Positions 38,435 through 51,310 of a stretch of 64,000 nt of DNA are shown here, piece after piece; positions within the stretch are counted from its first letter, which is position 1, and every line of letters begins with the position of its first letter. The DNA is from Mobula hypostoma (Eukaryota), in assembly GCF_963921235.1 (NCBI RefSeq), contig NC_086097.1:14570001-14634000 (forward strand), written 5' to 3'. A model generated the notes under the pieces. The model saw only the letters and a program-made list of their open reading frames with translations, made no database searches and had not been told where the DNA came from. A program made the translations under genes and the position numbers.

Positions 38435-38835
38435 TTGGGTGGCAGGGTGGAGACACATATCGACCAAAGGAGGTGTAAGGCATTCCTTCCCTCCACTAGC
38501 CTGCAGGTCACCCTGGACAAAGTCGATCACCTGCTTAGGCCACCCCCACCCCCCAATCAGCATTATGTGAAGCCATGGGAGCAGGTGGTGGATGGTCGCA
38601 TGAGCAGCTGGCGCAGGTCACAAGTCCTGGTTATGCCACCACTGACACCAGGCAGACAACCTCTGAAGAGTACTGATAATGGCCGGGGTCACCCGCCTTG
38701 TAAAGACACTGTTCAGAAAAAGGCAATGGCAAACCACTTCTGTAGAAGAATTTGCCAAGAATAATCATGGTCATAAGACCATGATCGCCTATGTCATATG
38801 ACTTGGCGCATAATGATGATGTCATACGACACAGC
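38435..38835 (+). mobile_element. SINE-like repeat with an RTE/BovB-type 3' end (inverted copy at 22675-23045)
   Basis: ggcaatggcaaaccacttctgtagaa...tttgccaagaataatcatgg with a (gat)n tail; the reverse complement is at 22675-23045. Confidence 0.6.
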
Positions 38836-41439
38836 ACACATTATGACGATGATGGTGGTGGTGGTGGTGTTTTTAGGAAGTTGAATTATCTGTGTCAGAA
38901 GCTTAACCATCCTTTTCCATGACCATGGATGTCAGCACCCCTATTCTGGCTTTCTGCTGTGCTCTCCTGGTGTAACCCAACCTCGCTTCCTCATCTTGTC
39001 TGCAAACCATCTTCAAACTCATCTTCAGCTGCAAACCAACTACTGTCCCATTTCTCCCAGGCAGTCAGAGGACTCTCTAAGGAGTTGCAAAGCTTCCTCT
39101 GCACCTTCTGGGCTTGTGATAGATGCCCAAATTATAAAGCATGAAACACTCAGGACATGAACGTAGAAAGAAAATGGAAACAAAAATCAGCGAATGGGGT
39201 AAAGACAAAGAGACTAGAAACAAGGGCAAGGAGGGACTTACTGAAAAGGAGTGGGAAAGAAAAAGGCACCAAGAATAATTGGAAAATACATTATAGAGGA
39301 CAGTGACGGATAGAAAGCAGAACCTCTTACAGGAAGATAGTGAACAATTAATGCTGACAATTGAACAAGAGGTAGCTAATTTAAATAAAAATAGTATCAA
39401 AGCAGAGGAGTACACAGCCAACCAATTCCCTCAGCAGTGACTAACTTCAATTATTCCTGAGATCAGGCAATTCCTGTTCAATTTACCACCCCTCCACTGA
39501 TCACACTGTTAAAAGTTCACACAACAGTCTTCGTCACCAAATCAGTTACAGCGGCAATTGATGCAGGTAAGTAAAACAGCAATGTACTAATGCAAGAACA
39601 CAGCAGAAACCCGATGTTGCAACTGCATCCAACGTCCAACAGCTTCTGATTTTAAAAAAAGAGACTTCCCAGCACACAAAAATAAAACGTGTTTGGCATT
39701 TGTCCAGGCAGGGAAAGGGACTTTCCAGTCCAACAATGTAACAGAATACCTGGTCGCTGTCATAGTGGTGTTGATGGGAGCTTGCCACATGCAAACTAGC
39801 TGACATATACTGTTCCCATGACTTATGGACTCACTTTCAAAGACTCTTCATCTCACACTCTCAATATTTATTACTTGTTTATTATTTTTTCTTTATGCAT
39901 TTTCAGAGTCAGAATCAGGTTTGATATCACCGGCATACGTCATGAAATTTTGTTAACTTAGCAGCAGCAGTATGATGCAATACATGATAAATATACAAAA
40001 AAACTGAATTACAGTAAGTATATATGTATATTAAATAGTTAAATTAAAACCAGTGCAAAACAGAAATAATATAATAAAAAAGCAAGGCAGTATTCATGGG
40101 TTCAATGTCCATTTAGAAATTTGCACAGTTTGTTTTGTCTTTTGCACGTTGTTTGACCGCCCGGTTATGTGAGGTCTTTCATTGATGTTACTGTGAATGC
40201 CTACAAGAAAATGAATCTCAGGGTTGTATCTGGTGGCATATATGTACTGTGATAATAAAGCTTTGAACTTTGAAATTTACATTGAACTTTGAACAACAAC
40301 CAATCTGACAAAAGTTCTTTGGTTACATCACCTGTTTGGACATCCCAAGCCCATGATGAGATTGTAACTGCGTTATGTCCTATAAGTAATATGAATCACT
40401 CCCATTAACGGCAGCACCTTGGATATACTTCAACACAGAAGTGGAGAGAACTTGCCAACACCATTCAAAGTTATGTACAATATCTGTAAGTTACGTATAA
40501 TTTATGTTAATTTATGTTAACTAATATTTGTCATGTTTGTAATGTACTGCACTGCTGCTGCAAAAAAGCTAATTTTCATGACATTTACACCCTGCATACG
40601 TATGCCTATGACAATAAATCTAAACTTGAAATGAGCAATTGATATTCCTTTCCACACAGGAACCGACTTGCATTGATGTAGCACCTTTTATTCAGAATAT
40701 CCCAAATCTCCTTTCAGATAATGAAGTATTTTCAGTTTAATAATGGTTGTAATGCAATATAATCTTTCCAAAACAGATTCCTGGAAAAAGGGAAAATGTG
40801 TTTTCAGAAAACAGATACAAATTGTATAAAAAATAATGTATCTTTTAAAATAAACACAATGTGCAGCAGAAAGTTTAAACCTGTTCATAGCTCTTGATCT
40901 ATATTTATATTGGACCTTCGAGAAAAGATACTGGATAATTGGGGGGGGGAAGATTAGAATAGACTATGAAAAAGCAGACTTGTGACTTCACAATCTACCT
41001 CACTATGATCTTGCAGCTTATTGTTTACCTGCATTGCCTGTCTTTTGTAGCTATTACGCTTTGTTCTGCATTTTGTTATTGGTATACTTTGTACTACCTC
41101 AGTGCACTGTGCAATGACTTGATCTTTATGAACTGTATGTAAGACAAATTTTACACTGGGTCTCGATACATGTGACAATAATAAACCCATTCCAATCCCA
41201 GCCTCATTTCTCAATCATCAATTCACAGAAACAGGAACCCCAATATTTCATTTAAAGACACTTCCTGTGCAAAGATTTTAATGACGTACTTTTGATTTTA
41301 GCCTTTCGTTGCAAAGCAGTAACAGCATGTCCGGCGGTGCATCGCAGCTCGGTTGTTCAGGGAGGAATCTGAACCTCAGCCATACTGGCACAGATATGGA
41401 CTTCCTTAGCCAAGGTGGATGGTCGAGAACAGTAATAAA

Positions 41440-41745
41440 TTATGGCCTTCTGGCCCAACTCGTGCATGCCAGCCAAGGTGCCTACCAGAGTTAATCTCAT
41501 TTGCCTGTGTTTGCCCCATATCACTCTAAACCTTTCCTATCCATGTACCTGTCCAAATGCTTTTTAAATGTTGCAAATGTACCACTTCTCGTTGCAACCT
41601 ATTCCGTACACTCGCCATCCTTAGTGAGAAGAACTTGCCCCTCAGCTTCCCTTTTTCCCTTCTCACCTTCATTTTGAAACTCCCCTACCCTGGAAAAATG
41701 ACTTTAACCTTTCACCTTACCCATGCCTCTCACAATTTTATGGAC
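41440..41745 (-). mobile_element. CR1 3' fragment (degenerate; similar pieces at 29980-30400, 47300-47465, 50850-51180, 55630-55880, 56372-56670)
   Basis: ctctaaacctttcctatccatgtacctgtccaaatg...cttgcccctcag signature of CR1 3' ends. Confidence 0.6.
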
Positions 41746-41769
41746 ATACTTATATTTTTCTGGACCATC

Positions 41770-41970
41770 AATCTGCACCACCCAGCAATCCCTCGATTTA
41801 ATCCCAGCCTGATCACGGGATAATTTACAACAACCAATTAACCTACTAACCATTACGTGGAGCACCCGGAGAAAACCCACACGGCTACCGGGGCGTAAGT
41901 ACAGACTTTCACAGGCAGCCGCGGGAACTGAACCCACGTCGCCTGCACTAACCAGCATGCCACCATGCTG
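41770..41970 (-). mobile_element. V-SINE (HE1-like), degenerate
   Basis: cacccagcaatccctcgatttaatcccagcctgatcacggga...ggagcacccggagaaaacccac. Confidence 0.7.
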
Positions 41971-42734
41971 TTATAAGATCACTCCTCTCCATTCTACTTT
42001 ACTCCAAGGAAAACAATCCCAGTCTCTCCAGTCTTTTATAACTTGTGCCCCCCACCCCGCCGTCTCAGTCCCTTGTCGACCTTTTCTGCATCTTTCTAGC
42101 TGCAATATACCATCACCAATAAAAAGTAAAATGAATTTCAGGAAGTGTAGCTTCATATCTTCTGTGAGGGTAGACAATCACAGGTGGTCCAAATGTCCAC
42201 CTATTTGGTGGGCTTCAAAATATCATGTGGTTATTGAGGGACAGAAGGAAGCTATTTAATCCCTCAAAGATATATTAACTGCTGGCTACAAAAATCTTGC
42301 CAGCTCCATTTTCCTAAAGCCCCAACAAATTATTTCCAATCCACTCTCAGAAGCTCTGGTTGATTCCATTCCTACCATGCCTACTGTTATTGAGCTCCTG
42401 ATCATAATTGCTACCTGAGTTAAAAAGGTTTTTTCCTAAGTTCAAAGCAGGTTTATCATCAAAGAATACATATGGGTCCCCACGTTACCCTGGTACTTTT
42501 AACCCAGGATTTTCAATCGGTGACCGACGGTCCTTGAAGCTCTCATTAACAGAAACAGCTCCCCACCTTTACTCTATCTGTCCAAACCAGTCATAATCTT
42601 GTACACCTTTATCAAATCCTCTCTCGATGATTTCTGCACCAAGCAGGTTTGTCTTGTCCTGACTTGCCACCCACATTCAGAGGCCCAATTTCAAATTGAG
42701 ACTCACTCCAGCCCCTTGGCGGCCACTTCAAGCA

Positions 42735-42768
<34 letters not shown>

Positions 42769-43229
42769 CTGTTCCAGCCATTTTTTTTTCAAGTTTACCT
42801 CAAATGGATTGCATTGTATTGATATGCCCGCAGAGTAACATGTAACATGTACAGTTGTATTGGAACCGAACACCCGCTTTGTTGAGTTTAACCTCCTATA
42901 TAATTGCCTCGCACTTTTGAAGAATGAAGTGGAAATGAAAACGACTGAATTTTCTTTCCATTCAATGCTGGATGTGGTGCAGCTTAATGGACTAATTGTT
43001 AAAAGAAGCTGCAATTTACTAACAGACAGCAATAGCACTGATAATGGGGCCCTATTGGACAGAAGCAGAGGCAATAATGATTTTTTTTTATTTAGTTAAG
43101 TAAATGCTGTTAGCAAGGCCAACATTTATAGTCCAACCCTCATTGAGGAGATGGTGGCGTGCTGTATTCTGAACTCAGTGCAGTCCTTCTGGGATAGGCT
43201 CTCTGACAGTAAGGTAATAAAATTTAGAC

Positions 43230-43308
43230 CGGGGTTCCCAACTTTTTTTATGCCATGGACCAATACCATTAAGCAAGGGGTCCAAGAACCCCAGGTTGGT
43301 AACACCTG
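43230..43308 (-). mobile_element. ~80-bp hAT MITE
   Basis: Same family, reversed; TSD atttagac / attgagac. Confidence 0.75.
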
Positions 43309-44034
43309 ATTGAGACTTATTAACAATGTGGGTGTAGCAAGTTACTTCTCAGTCAGGACAGCATACAGTTTGGAGGGAACCTGCAAGTGGTGGTGTTCCC
43401 CTGTTGCCATGGTCTTTCTTGGCGGTAGAAACATAGGAAAGCACTGTTGGATTAGGCTACATATTTTGCAGGATGATACGCAATACTGTGCAAGTTGATT
43501 TGCTGAGAAGGTGTGTGGTGTGTTGGTCTTCATTAACCAACCCACGGGCCATAGTTTAAGTGACAGAATAATACATCACAGGAGGGTGGCCATTCGGCCC
43601 ATTGTGCTTCTGCTAACCCCAGTGCCCCAAAGGCAGTTTCAACTCCCCCCATTCACAAGGAAACATGAGCAATCGGTCAGCCCATCAAGCCTTCCCCAAC
43701 CATTCAACATGCTCACGGCTTATCAACTCTGGCATGAACTATTCTGTGCTAGCTTCTCATAACCCTCAATATCTCAGTCATTCAAACAGTGTACCTTGGT
43801 ACATGTAAAAACAATGAGCTATTTTACCAGTTGTACCAAGTACCTTAAAATGAACTCTTGACTTCACAATCTACCACTGCACCTTAATATTTACCAGCAC
43901 TGCTCTTTCTCTGTAGTTGTTGCATTTTATTCTGCATTGTTCTAGCTTTACCTTGTTCTACCTCAGTGCACTGTGTAATGGTTTGATCTGTATGGACAGC
44001 ATGCAAGACAAGCTTTTCACTGTATCTTGGCATA

Positions 44035-44600
44035 TAAGACCATAAGATATAGGAGCAGAATTAGGCCATTTGGCCCATCGAGTCAGCTCCACCATTTCAT
44101 CGTGGCTGATCCACTTTCCCTCTCAGCCCCAGTCTCCTGCCTTCTCCCCGTATCCCTTCATGGCCCAGATCTATCAACCTTTCTCTTAAATATACCCAAT
44201 GACAGCTGTCTGTGACAACAAATCCCACAGATTCACCACTCTCTGGCTAAAGAAACTCCTCCTCATCTCTGTTCTAAATGGATGTCCTTCTATTCTGAAT
44301 CTGTGCCTTCTGGTCCTAAAACCTCCCACCATTGGGAACATCCTCTCCATATCCACTCTTTCGAGGCCTTTCAACATTCGATGAGATTCTTCCCACATCC
44401 TTTCTTAGATAAGAGGCCCAAAATTGCTCATTAATACTCCAAGTGAGGCCCTATAAAACCTCAACATTACATCCTTGCTTTTATATTCCTGAAATGAATG
44501 CTAACATTGCATTTGCCTTTCTCACCACCGACTCAACCTGCAAACTAATCTTTAGGGCATCCTGTACGAGGACCTCCAAGCACCTCTGCACCTTGAATTT
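44035..44600 (-). mobile_element. CR1-clade LINE 3' fragment
   Basis: The minus-strand ORF gives RMLKGLERVDMERMFPMVG...RTRRH...FFSQRVVNLW; tail taagaccataagatatagg. Confidence 0.85.
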
Positions 44601-46185
44601 TTATCAATAATAAACTAACACTAATTCCATTTTATCTACCTATCAAAAGCTTCGCTAGATCTGGCCCCTGTTGCAGATTACCACACTCTGCAAAGTGCAA
44701 CCTCAGTTTTAAGTAACCGGGCCCTTATCTTGTATCCACTTCACCTCAACTGAGACGAGAGAAAACATCTTAGCTTCTACCCTGATATGCCCCCCTCAGG
44801 ATCTTCCATGTCCCAATAAGGTCTCTGCTCATTCACCTAAGCTCCACCGCACCCGCTGCTCTAAGCACTTATTTGATCCCCTTTCAACTAAAATTAGACT
44901 TGAAACAAAAGATGCACACTAGAAACCACTGCAGAGTTTACAGCCAACTTTGGTGGTATCAATTTCCTTCCAAAAGGGAAAAAACATGAATTCCAAATTG
45001 CCCTCTGCACAGGTTTTGTGAGATCTGATTTCTCGCCGCCTGTTCCCAAAGTTATTAAACTTCTCAGCGACTCGAGGAGACAGAGAAGCAGAGGCTGCCT
45101 GCTATTGTGTGGAACAGGTCTGACTGACTTGCCAGTCTGTTGCAATGACTGCTTTACATCGGTATTTGTTACTCTAGGCTCTAAAGCAGAGAATGTTCTT
45201 CGTCCTTCTCACTGCAGAAGGCAACTGTCTGCACAACAAAGGAAGCCTTGCACGGATAAACCCGAGGACCAGGGATCACAAAAAGAAAATCACACGTTGA
45301 ACAAGCAGAGGCAAACAGATAAAAGGAGCGTCTCTGTCCTTGGACCTGGCAGGCCTCCTCCCCACCCGCACCCTTCCCCCTCACTCCCCGGCCCAAATCA
45401 ATGCTTGGACTGGCTCCTCACTTTAGCGAAGGTGAATTGGCTCCCGGCCAAGCTTAGCTAACTTTGCACTTCCTGCACAGGAAGCTTCTCGATCAGCATA
45501 CAGATCTTTACAAGCTCATAAAACCCACCCCAAGACACCTCTTAAAAGAAAAAGAGGAAAGCGAAAATCAAAAATACAGTGATCCGTCTCATTTCAGCCC
45601 GACATCAGCAATGCTATGTTCAACTGGGTCTTCCCAGAGTCACTGTGCTGCTATTAACCCATCGAGGTTCACCGCCAAGAAATGCGGGTTTGTTTTCAGG
45701 TACGGAGGCTGCGCACATTTAATTGGCCTATAATCTTTTGTTTTCCGGAGGCCATTAAAATGTACTGCTCTGCTGAACTGCACTTAGGGTCCAGCTTTAT
45801 GAACTGTAGACAATATGTGTGCGACCAGTTCAAAGAAGCACAGCAACCACTGTACGATGGTGCCTGCACTGGGAGACAAGAAAGACTCCGGCATCTGCCC
45901 ACCACAACTGCTCAGCAAACAGGTCTAATGTGGTAGCAAACCAAGGCCAGGTGCTGCAACGCTCTGACGGCTCAGTAAGTGTATGCTGTCGAGCCACAGC
46001 AAAAAGCAAGACGCCCTTCTCGCCGCTGAGTAACCGGACACAGGCCGGACGATCGGGGGTGAGAGTGCAGGCAACCACAACTGGGGCGTGCTCCATCTCC
46101 ATCCGGTGTGCCCACACCGTTCTGTCGGATGGTGACCAGGGAGCGACAAACCTGCCTTCTGTGCTCCTCCTAGACACCAGAGACC

Positions 46186-46363
46186 CTGCACAGACAAAAT
46201 GCTGGGGGGGCTCAACAGGTCAGGAAGCACCTATGGAGGGGAATAAACAGATGACGGTCGGGGCCGAGACCCTTCATCAGGACCGGGTCAGGACAAACGA
46301 CTGCTCAACTCCCTCCACAGGTGCTGCCTGACTTGCTGAGTTCTTCCAGAATCTTCTCTGTGC
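46186..46363. mobile_element. Palindromic Penelope-derived short element with a mutated minus-strand hammerhead
   Basis: Inverted arms flank gggccgagacccttcatcaggac. Confidence 0.7.
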
Positions 46364-48147
46364 GCTATCTGTGTTCCTCCTTCCCTAACAGAGGGCAGCG
46401 AATACCTGGAATGTGCTGCCAGAGGAAGTGGTGGAGGGGGGGTAATTATTGTAAAATTTAAGAGGCACTTGAATATGTACGTATATGTAGGAGGAGGACT
46501 TGGAGAGAGTTAGGGAGAATGCGGAAAACTGAGACTTACACTGGTTGGCATGGACCACAAGGGGCCTGTTCCCATGCCCTCGATGACCCTCAGCTGGAAA
46601 ATCGCACCATTCCCACCACCGGTGACAGTTATATTCGAGGGACGAGGGAGCAGCCCTGCTTGGCTCCACCTCACAAATTGCAGTGAACGCATCCCAACAG
46701 GCGGCTCAGTGGCAAGAGCCGCCACCTCCCGGTTCCAGCCGCTCAGCTCCGGATCTCTGTGTGGGGTCTGCATGGCCTCCCGTGGGCTTCCTCCATGTGC
46801 TCCAGACTCCTCCCACACCCTAAAGATGTGCAGCTCGGTAGGTTAATTCAGCGCTATAAATTGCCCGTGGTTAAAGAAGTAGGATTTGGGGAGAATTGAT
46901 AGGAAAACGGAGGGAAATAAATAGCATAAATGCGAATATAGAAACTGCATCTCCATTCAGTACAGCAACAGCTGAGCATCGGACTGGAAGTCCCTGAAAA
47001 GGACCGTGAGAATGGCCGAGAGGATCATAGTGATCTCCCTACCGTCTACCGGGGACATTCATCAGGAACACTGCGCATGCAGGGCCCTGAGTATTATCAA
47101 GGATCCTACCCATCCATCCAGCATCCTCTTTGACTTTCTACCGTCAGGCAGGAGACTCCGGTGAATAAAAACATGAGCGGTCAGGATGTTAAACAGTTTC
47201 TTCCATCAGGCCATTAGGGTTCTGAACTCCCCGCTGTATCACATTCAAAGTGTCACCGGTTAATTTGTTTGTACCCTACAATAGTTAATTTATGCATAAC
47301 TCATAGAACCGTAGAACTATAGAACACTACAGCACAGAAAACAGACCATTAGGCCCTTCCAGTCTGTGCCGAAATTTTATTCTGCTAGTCCTATTGACCT
47401 GCATCCAGTCCATCACCCTCCAGACCTCTCCCATCCATGTATCTATCCAATTTATTCTTAAAACTTAACAGTTAGATTTAATTCTTACTTTCCGAAGTTA
47501 TTGTGTGTTATGCGTATTGCTGTGCTTTACACCCTGGTCTGGAAAAACTTTGTCTCGTTTGACTTGACTTGAACGTAGTACATCCAACATTACAGGTTCT
47601 TCAACCCATGGTGTTGTGCCAGCCTTGTAACCTACTCTTAATTTACCCCTTCCTTTCCACATAGCCCTGTTTTTCTATCATCCATGTGCTTGATGGTCAG
47701 TCTGGGTTTAGTAGGCCGAATGGCATCTTTCCAAGCAGATGGCTCTATAACCCTATCCCAATGACTGCAGCTCAGTTGGTAATACCCTCCCCTCAAGTCA
47801 GAAGGCTCTGGGCTGAAGTCTACTCGAAATCCAGCTTGAGAAAGTGCACCACAGTTGTTGAAAGTGCACCTTGGACAAGATACTAAAGTTGAACGTAAAA
47901 GGCAGCATTTCAAAGATGATCATTGGTGTATTTCCCCCTATCTGTGCTTCCACCAAGCCCTCAAGAGACAGATTATCACTCTACTGAGAGCTTGTCTTGT
48001 GTGTGAACTGACTGCTGTCTTTCCCAAAATTTGTGACAGTGACCGAACTTACTGCTTATAAAGTGACAAAGGGCACTCCATTGTGAAAGGCCACATGTAA
48101 CCATTATCACCGGCAGAACTTCCTCACCGTTACCATTCCAACCAAAG

Positions 48148-48385
48148 AGGGGCGGTACTGTCGCGTGGCGGACAGCACAATGCTTTATAGTACCAGTGAC
48201 CCCGGTTCAATTCCCACCACCGTCTGTAAGCCCCAAGACCGCGTGGGTTTCCTCCCATGGTCCAAAGATGTACTGATTAGTAGGTTAATTGGTCATTAAT
48301 TGTCCCGTGATTAGGCCAGGGTTTCTGGGCAGAGCAGCTCAAAGGGGCAGAAGGGCCTATTCCGCACTGTATCTCAATAAATAAG
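48148..48385 (+). mobile_element. V-SINE (HE1-like) with internal deletions
   Basis: ggttcaattcccaccaccgtctgtaag...taggttaattggtcatt...gggcctattccgcactgtatctcaataaataa. Confidence 0.8.
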
Positions 48386-49119
48386 TTTACCATGTAAAAA
48401 AAATTAACTTAAAATTATCGAATAAAGTGATGCCTAACCAGGACATGTCCAAGCACTGTACTCAACTCTAAATAGTTTTCACACCAATGAAAGTTATTAA
48501 CCCAGTTTGGCAACCAGTCCAGACCCAGTTATGAGTAGCAATTTATTGGAAATTTCATCATGTGGAAATAGTTTGAATGCTTATAGTTGAAGGCATGTTT
48601 GCTTGTGTTCCATGTTGTGAGGAGATCACAAACTCTCTCTGGATTATGAACACCCCTATATACAGAACAAGTTCCCATAAGTTTATTGAATTCAAGTCCC
48701 ATGTACCTACATAGGATCGTTCCTAAGGGCAGATACTAGTTTCCTGTCTTCCTCGATGTTTGGTAATTGTTTTCTTTTCTTTATTAGTCACTCTTTTTGT
48801 TGATACCATTCACTACAAGACTGTGGTTACCATATTAGGTAAGTTCTGTGTAATTCTGATTTATGGACAAGATTGACAAGACTGCCTATAAAAGCAAATC
48901 CTTGGGACAGCGTATATTAGCATATCTCAGACTTGCAACGAATCTCATCGGCTAGTCACACCCATGAGCCCTGTTAACCTAGTGCAGTGACACCACCTGG
49001 CTTCATAATTGGACAAGGAGCACACTTGCACGAGAAGTTCCACAACCACAATGGACTTGCCCTGCAACACAGGTCCCAGTCAGAGTGCAGGTGAGACAAG
49101 ACCAACAGACCAGGGCATT

Positions 49120-49470
49120 GGCTGGAGTCAAGGCTTTGTGCTATGGCTCTTAGTAGGGTCACCCATGCCAAACAGGTCAAAGGGTAGAGGCCAGACTAAG
49201 AGTGGTCCACCGGTCCTCCAGGTTCAGGGGTTCAGCTCAGGGCTAACAACCCTGACCGGTAAAACAAAATTGTTACGGAAACAGCAATGAAGAATCCTTC
49301 TACATCTGAGTGTGACGGTATTCCTGAGTCTCCACCCGGGACTTGCACCACTGACAGAAGTGAGAACCGGGAGGAAGCTATTGACATGATGAAGGAAGCC
49401 CTGAATCCCACCAGAGATAGAGGGAACTTCAGTGCTGCCCTAAACACCAGCGGCATAATAGGAAGTAAAA
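49120..49470 (+). mobile_element. Non-autonomous RTE-like element (second copy at about 53210-53490)
   Basis: About 180 bp are near-identical between the copies, including ggtcctccaggtt...gggctaacaaccctgac, which resembles RTE 5' UTRs. Confidence 0.55.
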
Positions 49471-49974
49471 TACTGGGAGATTTGATCCCTCAGTTTATAA
49501 GCACTGTTCCAACAGTTTTTAATAGCCAATTAGGAGCAGTTGGTCTGCCTGGTAGTACTATGGATACAGGTGGTCGAGGGGTAGATGTGGACAGAGTAGG
49601 TGATCGTCCAAACAGCACTCTAAGCACGTAATCAATCAGTCATCATTTAGGGATGCCCAAATCCATTAAAGGAACGTCACTAAACGCTATAGCTTGTGAA
49701 TGACTGGCAGATTTCTCAGAGTTCTGAATGTAATAGGCTTTAACACAAAGGGAAAATGTTGACGTTCCGTAAGTCTTCCTCACCACTGGCAGCCTTTCGA
49801 AAGTTGTAAATTTAACAAGTTACAAATCACTTCAGAGGCCAATGCCAACGAGTGAACTGACAGCGTTAATTACAACGGCCTGAAGGACCAGCAGACCAAG
49901 GGATGGCTGTACCAGTCACAAACAGGAAGGAAATGTTAGTGAGAGTGAGTAAAAAGGAGGGAAGAAAGAAAATA

Positions 49975-50491
49975 GTCTCAGTGGCCACTTTATTAGGTAC
50001 ACCTGCTTGTTAATGCAAATAACTAATCAGCCAATCACGTAGCAGCCACTCGACACACAAAAGCATGCAGACATGGTCAAGAGTTTCAGTTGTCGTTCAG
50101 AATGGGGGAAGAAATGGAATGATTGTTGGTGCCAGACGGGGCGGTTTGAGTATCTCAAAAACTGCTGATTTTCTGGGATTTTCACACACGTCTCTGGAGT
50201 TTACAGAGAATGGTGTAAAAAAAAAACCCAAAAAAATCCAGTGAACGTGGGTGAAAATGGCTTAAATAGAGAGGTCAGAGAATAGCCAGACTGGTTCAAG
50301 CTGACAGGAAGGCGAGAGTAACTCGAATAACCACACTTTACAACCGTGGTGTGCAGAAGAGCATCCCTGAATGCACAACACATCGGACCTTGAAGTGGAT
50401 GGGCTACAGCAGCAGAAAATTGTGAACGTACACTCAGCGGCCATTTTATTAGGTACAGGCAGGCAGTGCCTAATAGAATGGCCATTGAGTG
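49975..50491 (+). mobile_element. Non-autonomous Tc1-like DNA transposon
   Basis: TIR ctcagtggccactttattaggtac at left and cctaatagaatggccattgagtg-TA at right. The interior translates to MIVGARRGGLSISKTADFLGFSH, resembling a Tc1 transposase N-terminal HTH. Confidence 0.7.
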
Positions 50492-50983
50492 TATACTATT
50501 TGTGGCTGGTTCCTGGCTGAGACATTTGAGAAGGTACCTTGGGCTTTCCAGCCGGCCATTCTCTGATGTAGATCGAAGCTTTCCAGTTGAAAACGTTCCC
50601 CTGCAGTCCATTTTAAAAGCAGGCCCTGATTCAGATTTTTACAGTGGAAACCCCTGTTGACAACATGAAGGCTAAACAGAATTGAGGCAGAAGAGTGATT
50701 GTCCGACATCAAACTGCTGAGAAATAGCTGTATTCTTTGCTTTTGCTGCAGTGCGCTCTATAAAATTACCTGGAACAGCACGTCCGTTCAGCCTTTCATA
50801 TATACCACCCCTTTAACAGAGTGCTCCTTTGCTTTCTCACAGCCCCGAAAAATAGGAACAAAGAACAATAAACAGGCTCTTCAGCCTGCAATCTTTTAAC
50901 CTACTCTAAGATCAATCTAACCCTTCTCTCCAGTTTTCTATCATCCATGTGTCTATCTAAGAGTTTCATAGACGCCCTTAATT

Positions 50984-51062
50984 CCGGGGCTCCCAACCTT
51001 TTTTACGACATGGACCGCTACCATTATCTGAGGGGTCTGTGGACCCCAGCTGAGAACACCTG
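50984..51062 (-). mobile_element. ~80-bp hAT MITE (degenerate), inserted in a CR1 fragment
   Basis: Same family, reversed. Confidence 0.7.
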
Positions 51063-51189
51063 CCCTCTACCTCTGCCTCTGCTACCACTCTAGGCAGGGT
51101 GTTCCATGCACTCACCACTCTCTGTGTAAAACAAAACTTACCTCTCACATCCCCTGCCATACTTTCCTCTAATCACCTCAAAAACAGAA

Positions 51190-51310
51190 GCAACACACAC
51201 AAGATGCTGGAGCAGCTCAGCAGGTCAGGCAGCATCTACGGAAGTGAATAAACAGTCCACCTTTCAGGCTGGGACCCTTCTTCGGGACTGGAGAGGAAGG
51301 GGGAAGTTGC
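51190..51310 (-). mobile_element. Penelope-derived short element with a mutated hammerhead
   Basis: Same arm sequence, followed by cagtccacctttcaggctgggacccttcttcgggactg. Confidence 0.7.

Noticed and set aside
45830..46177. Minus-strand ORF starting MSRR, like the BCL11 N-terminus
   Set aside because: It continues STEG rather than KQ, lies downstream of exon 2, and has no other similarity; chance match.
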